In this document: one piece after another, positions 11,973 through 24,563 of the stretch
How positions within the stretch are numbered: position 1 is the first letter of the stretch
Layout: every line of letters starts with the position of its first letter
DNA from: Cyanophora paradoxa CCMP329
Lineage: Eukaryota; Plantae; Glaucophyta
Length of the DNA: 64,000 nt
Assembly: GCA_004431415.1 (NCBI GenBank)
Contig: QPMI01000003.1
Coordinates: forward strand, 1-64,000
Direction of reading: 5' to 3'
The notes under the pieces: generated by a model
What the model was told of the DNA's origin: nothing
Seen by the model: the letters and a program-made list of their open reading frames with translations, nothing else
The model's database searches: none
Translations under genes and position numbers: made by a program

Positions 11973-13561
11973 CTACGAGGCGGGGAGGGGCGGGGGCGGG
12001 GGCGGGAGGCCGGCGCCGTGCCCGTGCCCCGGGCCGCGGAGGGCGTCCGGCGGGATCTCGTCGATCTCCTCGTCCGGGCTGTCCGGGTCGTACGCCTGCG
12101 CCGGGAGGAGGGGCCGCAGCGTGAGGGGCCGCGGGGCGAAGGGGGGGGCGGCAGGAGGGCGATGCAGAGCGGGGGCGCACCTTGAAGAACGTGTAGGAGA
12201 GCATGATGCGGTCCACCTGGCGGCCCCGCCCCGCCAGCGCCCCGTCAGAGGCCGCAGCGCGGGGGCGGGGGCGGCGGGGGGCCGGGGGGCCGGGCGGGGT
12301 GGCGCGCCTGGCCCATGCGGGGGTCCTTGAGGAAGTCGGGGTCGATGAAGAAGAAGACGGGCATGTCCACCTCCTCCCCGGGCTTCAGCCGCTGCTCGTC
12401 GAAGCAGAAGCACTGCACCTGCGGAGAGGGGGAGGGGAGGTTGGGGGCGGGAGCGGGGGCGCGCCGCGGGTGCAGGGGCGGCGGGAGGGGTCCGACGGTG
12501 CGGGGCGACCTTGTTGAAGTACGGGCCGGCCTCCTGCGGCTGGACGTTGTACGTCGCGACGCCTGCGCGCCGCCCGCGGCGTCAGCCGGGGGGAGGGGGG
12601 TGCGCGGGGGCGCCGGGGGGCCGGGGGCGGCGCGCCCGTGATGGGGACGTCGCTGTTGTTGCGCGCGGAGTAGAAGGCGAGGGCCGTCTCGCCGGGGCGG
12701 ATCTTGATCTGCCGGCCGCGCTCGCTCCGCGCCGGCGCGCGGGGCGGGCGGGGCGGGCGGGGCGGGGACCTCCTTCTGGGCGGGGACGAAGGACCAGGGG
12801 AGCTTGTCGGAGACGTCGGCGTTGAAGTCGATGCGGATGCGCGGGATCTGCCGCCCCGCCCCTCAGGCCGCCGCCGCGCGGCGCGCGGCGCGTGGCGCGG
12901 GGGCGCGTGGCGCGGGGCGCGTGGCGCGGGGGCGCGTGGCGCGGGGGCGCGCCTTGTCGAGGTCCTGGATGTCGGGCAGCTCGGAGACCGAGCGCGCGCC
13001 GAGCTTGCCCGCCTCCTTCGTCGTCCCGCCGAAGCCCGTCACCTGCGCCGGCCGTCGGCGCGCGTCGCGCAGGGGCGGGCGGCCGGCGGCGGGCCTGGCA
13101 GAAGATCTTGTAGAGGGGGACCGACGCGTACGTCAGCCCGATGAAGAGGATGACGACCGTGGCGACCGCCGCCGCCGTCGCCCGGTTCCTTTCGTAGCTC
13201 TGCTGCGAAGCCTTCTGCCAGCCGGAGTGCGAGTCCTCTGTCGAGTGCATATTCGACGACGGGCCCGCTTTCCGCCCGCCCTCGCCGCCGGTGCTGTACG
13301 CGCGGCGCCATTCGCCCGAGTTCCCTCCCAGACGGCTAGAGCTGTGATGCCGAGCCGCCGCCGACCACGCCGCGGCCTGCCCGCACCGCGTGGGCGTGTC
13401 ACGGCGGCGCGTGACGCAAGTCGGCGGGGACGCACGGGGGACGCGAACAACGCTGCGTGCATAGACATACAGCCACGTATCCTTCCTGTTTCGCAGGAGA
13501 GCCGCGGCAGACCGGCACCTCGCGCGGCGGCTAGCGCGGCCCGAGCCAGCGCCGTCGCCAT
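11973..13561 (-). CDS. COX11: Cytochrome c oxidase copper chaperone Cox11/CtaG, mitochondrial
   Basis: Ala/Arg-rich presequence [14 protein letters not shown]; [21 protein letters not shown]; [13 protein letters not shown]; PGETALAFY; [27 protein letters not shown]; [13 protein letters not shown]; LSYTFFK. Confidence 0.96.
12887..12950. repeat. Intronic minisatellite, ~15 bp unit x4, in COX11
   Basis: (cgcgtggcgcgggg[g]) occurs four times in tandem. Confidence 0.85.
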
Positions 13562-14124
13562 CGCTGCGGCGTAATAAACGTTGTTCCCGACCGACCGATC
13601 TCGTGCACGGTGACCTGCGAAGGGCCCTTGCGAAGACGGGTGCCGCCGGGCTGCGTCGAGGGGGGGTAGACGCGGCTTTCGGCGACGAAAAATTGGCCGG
13701 GCAGTTCGCCTTCCTTCCTTCGCTGAACAGTTCGCATGGCGACCGTCGGACAATATTAATGCGCGCGGCCGCCGCGATGCGAGCGCCAGCCTATATATAG
13801 CTAGCTGCGCGCAGCTGGCGCGCGCGCGAGACGCGCGGCCCCCGGTGCAGCTGGCCTAGGCCTTGGCGCGAGCCCCGGCAAACGAATTTGAACATACTGT
13901 TTCTAAAATATTTAAAACGATCTGCAGCGACACTGAAATCGATTTCTATACAGCTATACAGCTAGCTAATTAATGGCGAAGCGATTAATATTGCCGCACT
14001 GCGCGGCAATGTCTAGTTGGCGAAGCATGCGCATGCGCAGCACGCCGTGACGAATTCGAAGCACCGGTATCGGAAGCAGGCCGCCCCCGGCCAGAATTCG
14101 AACCCGGTGCCAGCCCGGAACGGG

Positions 14125-14599
14125 TCAGGCCTCGTCGGGGGAGAGGGCCTCCTTGACGCGCTTGAGGAAGGAGAAGAAGGAGTCGACCCGCTCCGGGCCC
14201 TTCCTCTCCGGCTGCCCCCCCGCCGCCTTCAGAGGGGGGTACACGCCGGCGACGAGTCGAGGGGGGGTACGAGGGGCGCACGATGAGGTAGGCGTTGTGC
14301 TCGGCGCGGATCTGCTGCAGCCGGATCACGATCGCGTCGAAGGTCGGCCGCTCCGACGGTTTCTGCGGCGCGCGCGCGGCGCCATTCAGCGCGAGCTCGA
14401 CCCCTCGCTCTGGGGGGAGGGGGTACGCGCACCTCGGCCCAGCAGGAGTGGACGAGGTCGCAGAGGGCCTGCGGGCAGTTCTCCGCCGCCTGCAGCGGCT
14501 CCGGCCGCAGCCCCTCGCTCGCCACGCACAGCGCCGCCTGCCCGAATTCGAAGTTCAGAAGGACGGATCGACTTCGGGGTGGAGCCTCACGGCTTCTTG

Positions 14600-14631
<32 letters not shown>

Positions 14632-16143
14632 CGCGCGGGCCTTGAGCGGGGTGAGGGAGGCGTAGGGGACCTTGCCGGTGACGGCCTCCCAGAGGACGAT
14701 CGAGTAGCTGTACACGTCCGCCGGCTTCCGTTGTTTCTTTCATTAGCCCCAGTTCGAAAACAGGTCAATCAGGTTCTATATGATTTACCTTCCCGTAGCG
14801 CTCCCGCCGCAGCACCTCCGGCGCCGCCCACCGGTAGCTCCCTGCCCGCCCCGCACTCGAACACGATCCCGGATCCGGACAAGAGGCGCCGCGGGGATTC
14901 GATGGCGCGCGGGCACCCGTCTCGCCGGTCATGTTGCCGTCGGGGTCCTCGTAGCGCGCCAGGCCGAACTGCGGGAGAGGCCGGGGCCGGGGCCGGGCCG
15001 GGGAGGCGAGTCAGGGCCGGGGGCGGAGGGTCGATGTCTTCGCGATCGGGGGGCGCATGCGCACGTCGATGATCTTGAGGACCTTGTCCTCGGTGAACTG
15101 CGCCGGGCGAGCTCGGAGTCAGCGGGGGGGCTGTGGGGGGACTGCGCCGGGGCCGCCGCGAGGCGCACGACGACGTTGGAGGACTTCCTGGAGGAGGGCG
15201 CGCGGGCGGGCGGATGGGCGGGGCGGCGCTCAGAGCGGGCGGGGCGGGGCGGCGCGGGGGCGGGGGGCTCGGGCGGGGGCGCACAGGTCGCGGTGGACGA
15301 CGCCGGCCTCGTGCAGGTGCGCCATCGCCTCAGCCATGCGCAGCGCGATCTCCAGCACGCGCGCCAGGCCCCGCACCGCCCGCCCCTGCAGCACCTCGTG
15401 CAGCGTGCCCCCGACCAGCAGCTCCGTCTGCTCCCGTTTGCCGTTTGCCGGCCCCGCTTAGCTTCGGCGACGGCGCGCGCGGGGCGCGCCGCGGCCGTGT
15501 GCGCACGACGATGATGAGGCACTCCGGACTGAGGTAGCAGCTACGCGCGCGGCACGCGTACGTTTACATGCGTTCGGTCAGAGCGACGGGTGTGGAGATG
15601 CGCGAGCGGCGCGCGCTGCGAACCCGTGGTACTTGAGGATGTTCTCGTGCGTGCCCACCCCGCTGCGCATGCGCGCCTCGAGCTCAGGCGAGGCGCCGGG
15701 CGAGGTCAAGGGGCGCTGGACGGGAGGCGCCGGCTCACGCGAGGAGGCAGCACTCCTTGCGGAACAGCGCGAGCTCCGCCTCGCTCGCCATCGTCTTCGC
15801 CGAGATGGACTGCTTGTACCTGCGCGTGCGCGCGCGACATGTCCATCAGCGGCGCCCAGAAGCGGCGCGCGCTCAGGGGCACGCACTTCTTGATCGCGAC
15901 ACGCTCTCCTCGCAGCTTCCCCTTGTAGACTTCTGCGGAGCTCCCCTCTGCGATCTTGTCCTCTGAACCGGCCGTCAGACAGCTACTAGGGCTAGTCCAG
16001 ATGTCGTTGGTCGTGTCTGAAATGCAATCTTGTCCTCTGCCGGCCGCACGCCAGCGTAAGAGCGCACCGAAACATAGCTCGTTGATGTCCGTGATGAGCC
16101 CAGGCAGCTCGGGCTGCGGCGCGCCGCCATCGTCTTTTGTCAT
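14125..16143 (-). CDS. Tyrosine-kinase-like (Raf-like MAPKKK) protein kinase
   Basis: [73 protein letters not shown]; stop at 14125. Confidence 0.92.
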
Positions 16144-16571
16144 TGCCCCGGCCCGCGCGCGCGCGCTCGCCGCCGCGCCGGCGACGCGAAAGCAGGCTGC
16201 ACTACGTGTACGCCGCTGTGTGCGATAAGTAGGTCTGCGTGCTACGACGTCGACCCGGTCTGAGACTGCTCAAAAGGCGATGGGGCGCGCCGTTCTGCAC
16301 CGGCAAATAAAGAATGCGTGTGCGGGGATGCGTGTAGTCCCAGCCGCCGCACCGCTGCTGCAGCTGGCCGCCCCTTTGCTTGCCTCTTCCAGTTGCGAAC
16401 GCAGTTAGCTCTGTACCCCAACAGCTTGGCCTTCGAATTCGTCCCACCCGCGCAATTATCACGCGCTGGCTGTACATGTGCAGTTCGAATTCGTTGCGGT
16501 AAATTAATTTTAAAAGAGGGAAAAGACGATCTTGAGGAGAAGATAAGAGGGGATCTGACGTCTGCTGCGGT

Positions 16572-19500
16572 CTAGTTCAGGATCGCGTTGGGCAGATCGG
16601 GCGCCGCGTTCTGCCTCCTCGCGCTCCCACTGCGGCTCCCGGCGCTGCCGCCACTGCTGCGGCTTCGGTTCGTGTCCGAGGCAGCATCGTGCGCCGCCCG
16701 GGGCGCCGGGGGAAGGACGCCGTCCGTGCGGGAGCGGGGCCGAGGGGGCAGGCTGGCGGCGGGCGCGGCCACGGGGGCGGCGGAGAAGTCGGAGGGGCCG
16801 GCGATGACGGGGAGGTCGCCGGCGCTGGAGGCGTTGGAGCGCCGGGAGTGGAGCGCGTCGCCGGGGGGCGCGGCGGGGGGCGCCCCCTCCTCCTCCACCA
16901 CGGCCGCGAGGCGCACGGGCCGCAGGGGCGAGTAGAGCGAGCCGGCGCTGCCGGGGCGCTGCCCGAGCATCCCGGGCCCGACCAGCACGACGTGCGCGCC
17001 GCCGGCCGACGCGGGCGCCTCGCCCGGCAGCGCCCCGTTGCTGCCCGACGAGACGGGCGTCTGGGGGATGGAGGATGCCGGCGCCGGCGCCGCCGGCCCG
17101 CTGACCATCGCGGCGCCGCCGGCGCCGGAGGCGGAGCCCGGGAGACGCGCCGGATGCTGGGCGAGGGCGAGACGTTGCTGGGGACGTTCGGCATCGAGTA
17201 GACCACGAGGCCCGCCGTCTCCGCCAGCGCCATCGCCCGCATCGCCGCCGCAGGCGACGGCGGCGGCGGCGCGCCCCGCCCCGGCCCCTGCGGCTGCGCC
17301 GGCGTGGCCGGCGGCGCGGCGGCAGCGAGCGCGGCGGCGGCGGCGGCGCCGCCCGCGGGGCCGCTTCCGCCGCCGGAGGCGACGCGGGAGACGGTGCGGC
17401 GGAGCATGAGGGGCGAGCTGCTGATCGAGTCGAGCTCCAGCGGGCCGCCGGCCCCAGTCCCCGCTCCCGCCTCGCCCGCCGCCCCGGCCTCCACCCGCTC
17501 GGGCGCTCCCGGCAGGCTCGCGGCGGCCCGCGGGGGCGTCCCCGGGGGCGGCGTGCGGGCGCCAGGGGCAGCGCGGGCCGAGTCGGGGACGGAGGGCGCG
17601 GGGGGCTCGGGCGGGCCGGTGCGGTAGCCGGCCTGCTCGAAGGTGATCATCTTCGCCTTGAGCGCCTCGAAGGAGTCGCCGATCTTGAGGGGCGAGGGGC
17701 AGTAGGCGCCGCCCCCGCTCGCGCGCCGCTGGGCGACGGCCTCGCGCTTGTGCTGCACGCCCGGCGAGTCCTCGTACTTGCGCGCCTCCTCCGCGGCGTC
17801 CACGGGGAGGATCTGGAAGCCGTCCACCGCGCAGTACGGGCACTCCATCGCCGGCAGCCGCTCCGGCAGCGCGTGCGACGGCGCCCCCCGCGGGAACCCG
17901 TTCCGCCCTGCCTCCGGAGGCCGCGCTCAGACCAGCCCGGCTGGCACGGAAATGATAAGCGCACCCTTCACGTAGGCCAGGGCGCAGGTCTCGCAGACGT
18001 ACTGCGCGCAGCAGGAGGCGCGCAGCATCGCTGCGGGGCCGGCGGGGTCAGCCAAGGGCGGGCGGGGCAGCGGGGGGAGGGACGGGGCGCGCCTGGGAAG
18101 AAGAGCATGCAGATGGGGCAGAAGAACTTGCAGGTGTCGGTCGGGTCCTCGACGCCCGTGCGGCGGTACTGGGTCCGCGGCGTGAGGGGAGGCGGCGCCC
18201 GCTCGGGGCTCCCCGCTCGCGAGCCGCCGTCGCCTGGCTCGGTGTACCCCCCCTCGGGGATGGCGGTGAAGCCCTCCTCGAGGGCCGGGCCGCGGGTCTC
18301 GGCCTCCGGCGCCACGCGGCTCGACCGCCGCCCCGTGCTCGGCGCGCTGCCCCGGCCCCCGCCCCGGGCCGAGTCCGGCTGCTGCAGGCCCCGGGCCGAC
18401 GGCGGCTCCGGCGCCCGCGGGGTCTCCCGCGCGGGTCCGGGTGACCGCTCGCCCCGCGCCGAGGGAAGATTCACGTAGCCCGCAGGCGCCACTTCCCCCC
18501 TGCCCGAAGGGTCAGCAGGAGGGACGGCGGTGGGCGGGGCGGGCGGGCCGCGCCGGCTGTGGGGGCGCTGCGAGGAGAAGGACGCGGCGTAGGCGTAGAC
18601 GTAGAGGGAAGGAACCGCGGCGAGGCAGATAAAGATCATGGAAAGGTTGAAGACGCAGAAGCCTGTCCAGGGGCGACATCCGCGTGAGGCCCGGGCGGGT
18701 CAGGGCGCCGGCGCGCGGCTCGGCGGGCGCACCCGGGGCGTTCGCGCGCATCTGCTCGGCGAAGCCGTGCAGGATAGCAAAAGTAGGGAGGAGGAAGAGG
18801 AGGGCGACGGACAGGGGAAACGCCGCCCGGACCTGCGCTGGGCGTTAGTGTGGCAGCGGGGCCGAGAACGGCGGCGGAGGGCCGCGCCTTGCGGTGGACC
18901 GATGCGGAGACCATGGCGGCGATGCCGGTGGAAATGAGGAGGAAGTAGTAGACCCAGAGCCAGGAGCCCTGGCGGCTTGCGCGGAGGAGCACGGGCGGGA
19001 CGCCGCTATGAAAGGCGAGGAACGCCACCTCGCCGCTCGGTACCGGTTCCAGCACGGGCGAGGTCTCATTCAAGCCGTTCTGCTTCCACGGAAAAGGAGC
19101 GCGAAGAAAGTCAGCGCCCGGAGGAAGAGCGGGCGGGGCGAGACCGACCGGCAACACGCCGCAGCGATCCTGGTAGGATATGCTGCTGTAAAAGAAGCTA
19201 ATTCTCGTGTCCCGGAACGAGCTACTGAGTCTCGCGCATCCTGCGGCATCCGATCCGGCCGCCGACAAGACAAGCTGACGCCTCCCGGTGTCGGACGCTG
19301 AGCGCAGGCTCTCAGGTGCACTCTCTTCACAGGACATGCGCTAAACAAAACCGCGCACCGGCGCCTGCATACAGCAGGAGGCTGCGTTCTCCGGCACCCG
19401 CGACCGGCTGTATTAAGACCAGAGCGCCCTGTGCCGTGCTGCGGGAAAAGCTAGCCTCCAGCACATAGGCTTCGCTAGCTGGATCTAAGCTGATGCTATA

Positions 19501-19671
19501 GCGCGCTGAAGCGCCACCCACTGGGACAAGGCCATCGGATCGGTACTGGGACAAGGCCGCTGGCAATATCTGGCAGAGCAAGGCCGGAATCCAGAATGAC
19601 AGCGCAACAATTGCGCATACTGGGACGACGGCTGCGCGCCAGTCGAGCTTAGCTCTGCCCGGCTGGAACAT
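16572..19671 (-). CDS. Multi-pass membrane protein with a C-terminal DA2/GW2/Sip5-type RING finger (putative E3 ligase)
   Basis: N-terminal hydrophobic segment, an external domain, three more TM-like segments (WLWVYYFLLISTGIAAMVS; AFPLSVALLFLLPTFAIL; FNLSMIFICLAAVPSLYVYAY), then CPICMLFFP-AMLRASCCAQYVCETC...ECPYC, followed by YEDSP and SPLKIGDSFEALKAKM. The exact 3' end is uncertain. Confidence 0.6.
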
Positions 19672-20581
19672 TTTTTTAAATCGAGAGTCGTTGGACGCTC
19701 GGGAGGAGCCCTGGCGCCGTGCACTGGCTCCTGTCGTTGCTCTAGCTGCTCATTGAGCTAGACCGCATCGCGGAGTGCATTGCGCCGGCTGCGGTGCGCC
19801 TTGTGGAAGTTAAGGAACGTGTACCCCAGAATTGGAGTGCCCGGTGCCGCGAAACAAAGGACGGAGAACACACGTCCGGAAGGGCTTCGAAGCCCTCAAT
19901 TGCATCGTAAACCACAAGGAGCGCTTGCACGAACTTCAACTGCATCGTGGGCGTCAACAGCGGCCGTCTGCGCCTTCGAGCGCGGGGCCCAGCCCGGTTC
20001 ACGTCACCCAAGCTGTTCAGAACCTTCTGGACCCACCGCTCTCCCTCCCCTCGCCGCCCTCCCCAGGTTCAGTCTCCGTCCGTAAGATCCATAGGCCCGG
20101 CGTCACATGCAAACCTCCGCCCTTCGCCCCGCTTCGTATGACTGAGCATTCTTCTTTAGGAGCAGGTATCTCGTCTGGAATGCACGCGTTTGGCGCGATC
20201 AGCTCATCCCCCAAGCACTTGCTGTCAACCTCCGAGCACAACATACAGCTGCTGTCCTTCCCTTCCATCCGAAGTCCATTGTCAGGTCAGCTTGCCTGAT
20301 ATCGATCCTGCTCGTCCGATCCTAGCGGGGCTCCAAACGCCACGCTCCGATCGTGCTCCTTCTCGTCTCCCTGCCAAGCGCACTTTTGATCCCACTTCTT
20401 CTCGACAAGGATTTCACGCAAACGATAGAATCCAGCGTGTAAACCGACATCCTCCACTCGATCAAATTCTCACGTACCAACAGGGCCGACAAAATTCTGG
20501 ACGGGCCCGAGTTCCAGGCGACCGCCAACCCTGGTGGTGCACTCCCCTGGTGGCACATCAACCTCTCACATCGATCACGAG

Positions 20582-21035
20582 ATGCACATCGACGTCGACA
20601 TGTACATGAACATCGATCCCGCTCCGCGGGCTCCGCCGAGCACACCAACCTGCGAGGATCCGGACACCGAGATGCGCATGCATTCAGCTCTGCCCATCAG
20701 GCCAGCAGCTCGGATTGGCCGAAAGCGACCGGGCAGCGAAGACGACAACGCGGGCGAAGAATCGCGCTCGAGTAGTCCGCGCAGCCTTCCTGACGGCGGG
20801 ATGTGCTGCACGTCCTCGCCGCCAGCCGCCGCGGCCTTCTCGGCCTACAACGAATCAGGTCGGAGCGCCCGTCATCCGTGCGCGAGCGTCAAGCTTGTTT
20901 TGAACCTCGCGTCACGCAGAGCTTCGGGAAACGAAGAGACGCATCGCAATCGGGAGCGGGATGAACAACTCGACAGTCTATTCGCTCCAGCGGTGCCACC
21001 CTCATTTTGGCTCGACGGCAGCAAACCCTGCGTAA
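20582..21035 (+). CDS. Hypothetical low-complexity protein (possibly one intron)
   Basis: ORF with an NLS-like RKRP and a plausible GT..CAG intron; no recognisable domain. Confidence 0.25.
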
Positions 21036-21883
21036 TTCGCGCCTGAATCGAGAAGACCTTACTTGCATTCATCTAGATCTAGCCGCTTTTCATCGTCGAT
21101 CATAATCCTGTTGAGCACCATGACATAGCTATAGCGTGGCGTGATGTGAAGTGATTTTTGTCTGCCGCTTCGTGCCACCATCTGTGCGATCCATTTCCAC
21201 GCCAACCTGCAATTTTGTCTTGGCACTGTACCCGTAACCCTCTTTATATAGCCTAGTAGCCAATACGTATACGTATTCTAAGATAGGAAAATCTCGCTAG
21301 CTCGAGCTCAGTTTTTCATGCCCGGCGGCCGTCGTCACATAAACTCTCGACCACGTCAGATGCAGCCTTTCAACTTTAGACAGCCTTTTTCAAGACGGCA
21401 CGAATGCAGCTAGTCGCTGCCGTACTAGTTTACGTACGTCCTGGTCCCATGCAGCTCGATCCGCGGCGCAGCAGCGGCTGAGCCGACGAAGAGCTTGCAA
21501 GATCCGATATCGATAGCCTAGCTTTATAGTAGTGGAATTCATATACACATGTATACGTATAGCTATAGCTACAGCTTGCACAGTATCTCACGATCAATAT
21601 CACACCGTACCAGTACTGATTCGAAGGGCCTTGCAAGTTGGCCGGTCGCCCATGGACATCGGACTGTCGCGGGCCGAGACCGTCGGACGCCCTTATTATA
21701 TTATATGCTTTAGCTTGCAGTCTCCGGAGCGGGGCTCGAGCTCCAGGCCCTGAGGCTCTAGGCAAGGGCCGGGTTTGGGCTTCTTCAGAATCGAAAGTGT
21801 ATTATTTGGAGAACGACCAAGTATTATGACATTGCCACGGGGCGGACGACGTGAGGCTGGGCTCGCGCTAGAGGTCCCGGGCT

Positions 21884-22743
21884 CTACTCGTACACCCACT
21901 TCGTGTTCTCCGGCTTCCACGAGACTGGCCGGGGAAGGAGCGTCAGCAGGCCGGCCACGGAACTGGAGGGAGGGTGAGGCGGAATGGAGGCACCGAGCTC
22001 GTTGAGGGAGAACCAGAGGCCGATCTCGCGGACGGCGCTCTCCAACGAGTCCGAACCGTGGATGATGTTCCTGCGCGCCGTGTCCCCGGAACTCAGAGGG
22101 CACAGGGCGCCCGGCGTCGCAGGTCGGGGCAGGGCGCCGCGGCGCACCGCCCGACGGTGATGCCGAAGTCGCCGCGGATGGTGCCCGGGGCGGAGGCGAG
22201 CGGGTTGGTCGCCCCGATCATCTTGCGGCCGGTCGAGATGACCTCCTTGCCCTCCCAGACCATCGCGATCACGGGGCCCGAGCTGCCGCCGCCGGCCGGC
22301 GCGTCAGCGGCGCGCGGCCGGGGGTGCGCCAAGAGCAAGCAAGGAGGCACCTCAGGAAGTCGACCTGAGGCGGAGCGGACACGCCGTCACGAGGGGATAG
22401 GCGCGCGTTGCGGGGGAATTCAAGGGCACCAGCTTGGGGAAGAAGGGCTTGCCGTTGTGCTCGGCGTAGTGGGCCGAGGCGAGCTCCTTCGTCGGGTGCA
22501 CGATCTTGATGCCGACGAGGCGGTACCCGCGGGACTCGAACCTGCGGATGACCTGCCATGCGCGTCAGGCGCCGCCGAGCCCCGGAGCGCTGCGCGGGGG
22601 AGACGGTGCCGCGGAGACCTCGGCGATCAGGCCGCGGTGCACGCCGTCGGGCTTGATCTGTCCGCGGGATCAGATAGCGGTACACTTCAACCGGGCGCGC
22701 GGCGCACCATGATGAACGAGCGCTCCGTCGGTGCCTGCGCCAT
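21884..22743 (-). CDS. NDK: Nucleoside diphosphate kinase (group I), 7 exons including a 14-nt micro-exon
   Basis: [59 protein letters not shown], catalytic [14 protein letters not shown]. Confidence 0.97.
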
Positions 22744-23333
22744 GCCGTGAGCGGAGCGGAAGTGGGCGCGGCCGCCCACAGCACCTCAGCGAAGACCGTG
22801 GTCGCTGCGCGTGCCATGCTCAGAAGAAGATAAATGCAACCGATGCAAAAGGATTGGCTTACTCGGGTAGGGGGCAAGGGCCGCGGCGCCGGCTAGGGCG
22901 GCGGAGAGAAGAACAGCTTTTTGTGCGACGGACGCCCGGAGCGCCGGGAGGGCAGCCACGGCCGCAGCGCCACGCACGCCAGACCCTGCGCAGCCGACAA
23001 GGCCGTTACGTTCCGCAATCGATGGTCCGGACTTTATTGCACGACGAGCAGCCGCGCCGCCGGTGACGCGGTGGCACGACGCTTTGCATCGAACAGCTAT
23101 ATGCGTGCCGACTGGATGCTAGGACGTCGGGCCTTGTGGCCGCGGCCAGCGAATGGCGCGATGTGTCGGCCCAGCCGCCGGGCGGGATCGAGCCCAGATA
23201 GCACGCACCGACGGCGCGGAACGCATTGCGGAAGGCGGAACGGAACATTTTGCGGGGCGCAACGAACTTTGCCACGAACTGCCGTACCCAGTTGCGCTAG
23301 AGGCTAGCCAACGTGTAGCTGGCCGCAGCGAAG

Positions 23334-24266
23334 ATGGCGCTTCTGGTGACACTCGCGTCGCTCAGTGCGACCGCCGCGACGATTTTCCTCTTTCTCAGTC
23401 CCTGGTTCGAGTGCCCCGACGCACCCGCAGCTCAGTGATCGGTGCAAACCGCGAGTCTTCCGCGCAGGAGGACGATCGTGCAGATCAAGAATGGTCATAC
23501 GAGCACGAGCAACGTGCCGATCCTGCCGTACCTGGCCATGGCATTCAACTGCATGCTCTGGTCCCTGTACGGCGTCTCCACTTCCAACCTCACGGTGCGC
23601 TGAGCTGCGATACCCGCTTTCAAACGTAGCTAACGCTCCTTCTCAGATCTGCTTCGTCAATTTCGTTGGTGTGGCTCTTAAATCTGCGGGCTACTGACGC
23701 GGGCCTCACGGCTTTGCTTGCAGGGGACGTGCTCGCCGTGTACTTCCTCTCCACATACTACATATTCGCAAAGACACAGGTGCCTTGCTTAGCTGCTCGC
23801 CGTCCTCGATTGCTGACTCCTCCACAGCAACAGCAGGTCCGGAATCAGATCTTGGCCATGGTGGCCGTTCTCGGCACGCTGGTGGTGTACGTGCGCTTCG
23901 GCGTGGGGGCGGAGCTGGCCCCTGCATACCTCGGGACAATCGCGTCTGTCGCCTCCGTCATCATGTTCGGCTCCCCGCTCGGCGCCATCGTACGCAGGCC
24001 GCCTGCCGCGCGCCCCGCCTCGCGCCCGGCTTAAGCGTGGCCAGATGACCGTGCTGCGGACGAAGAGCACGGAGACAATGCCCCCGTTGGTGTCCGCCAT
24101 GAGCGCGCTCGCAAGCGGCCTCTGGTTCGGGTACGGTTCTCTCATCGACGACCAGTATGTTATCATCCCGAACGGTCTTGGATTCATCCTCGGATGCGTG
24201 CAACTCGTGGTTATTTACGTATATCATAAACCCCAGGCAGCGGTTCATAGGGAGAGCCTCGTTTGA
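23334..24266 (+). CDS. SWEET: SWEET/MtN3 sugar transporter (7 TM)
   Basis: IFLFLSPW-RTIVQIK..STSNVPILPYLAMAFNCMLWSLYG; second repeat IMFGSPL..VLRTKSTETMP..LWFGYG..DQYVIIPNGLG..QL. Confidence 0.95.
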
Positions 24267-24563
24267 ATTGATTTTCTGAACCTTGTCAGTGTTTTCACGC
24301 GCAGCCGGCGCCGCTGAGCGTCACGCACAGCGTGCGGGCATTTGACACACCAGCTGCCTCCTCGCGCTTAATTAAACATTAATTTAATTATAACCTCAAA
24401 CGGTGGCTCACGCTATGGGCGCGCGAGCCTTGGGCGCGAGGGCCGTCCCGACGTCGCACACCAGGGGAGGCGCGGCAGAGTTCCGAAGCTCAATCAAAAG
24501 AAGAATCAATTATACGATGTTCCTGTCTACCTCAGCACACATGTACTCTACTGTGCAGCCTTC

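Noticed and set aside
9995-14631. Long C/G homopolymers (9995-10060, ~10648-10669, 14602-14631) as functional elements
   Set aside because: They are intronic extremes of the general C-rich intron bias, and their lengths are unreliable in long-read assemblies.
19750-20279. Possible small spliced gene on the minus strand (MDFGWKGR..TRYLLLKK..LKFVQALLVVYDAIEGF)
   Set aside because: I could not join the exons in frame with convincing acceptors, and there is no recognisable domain.
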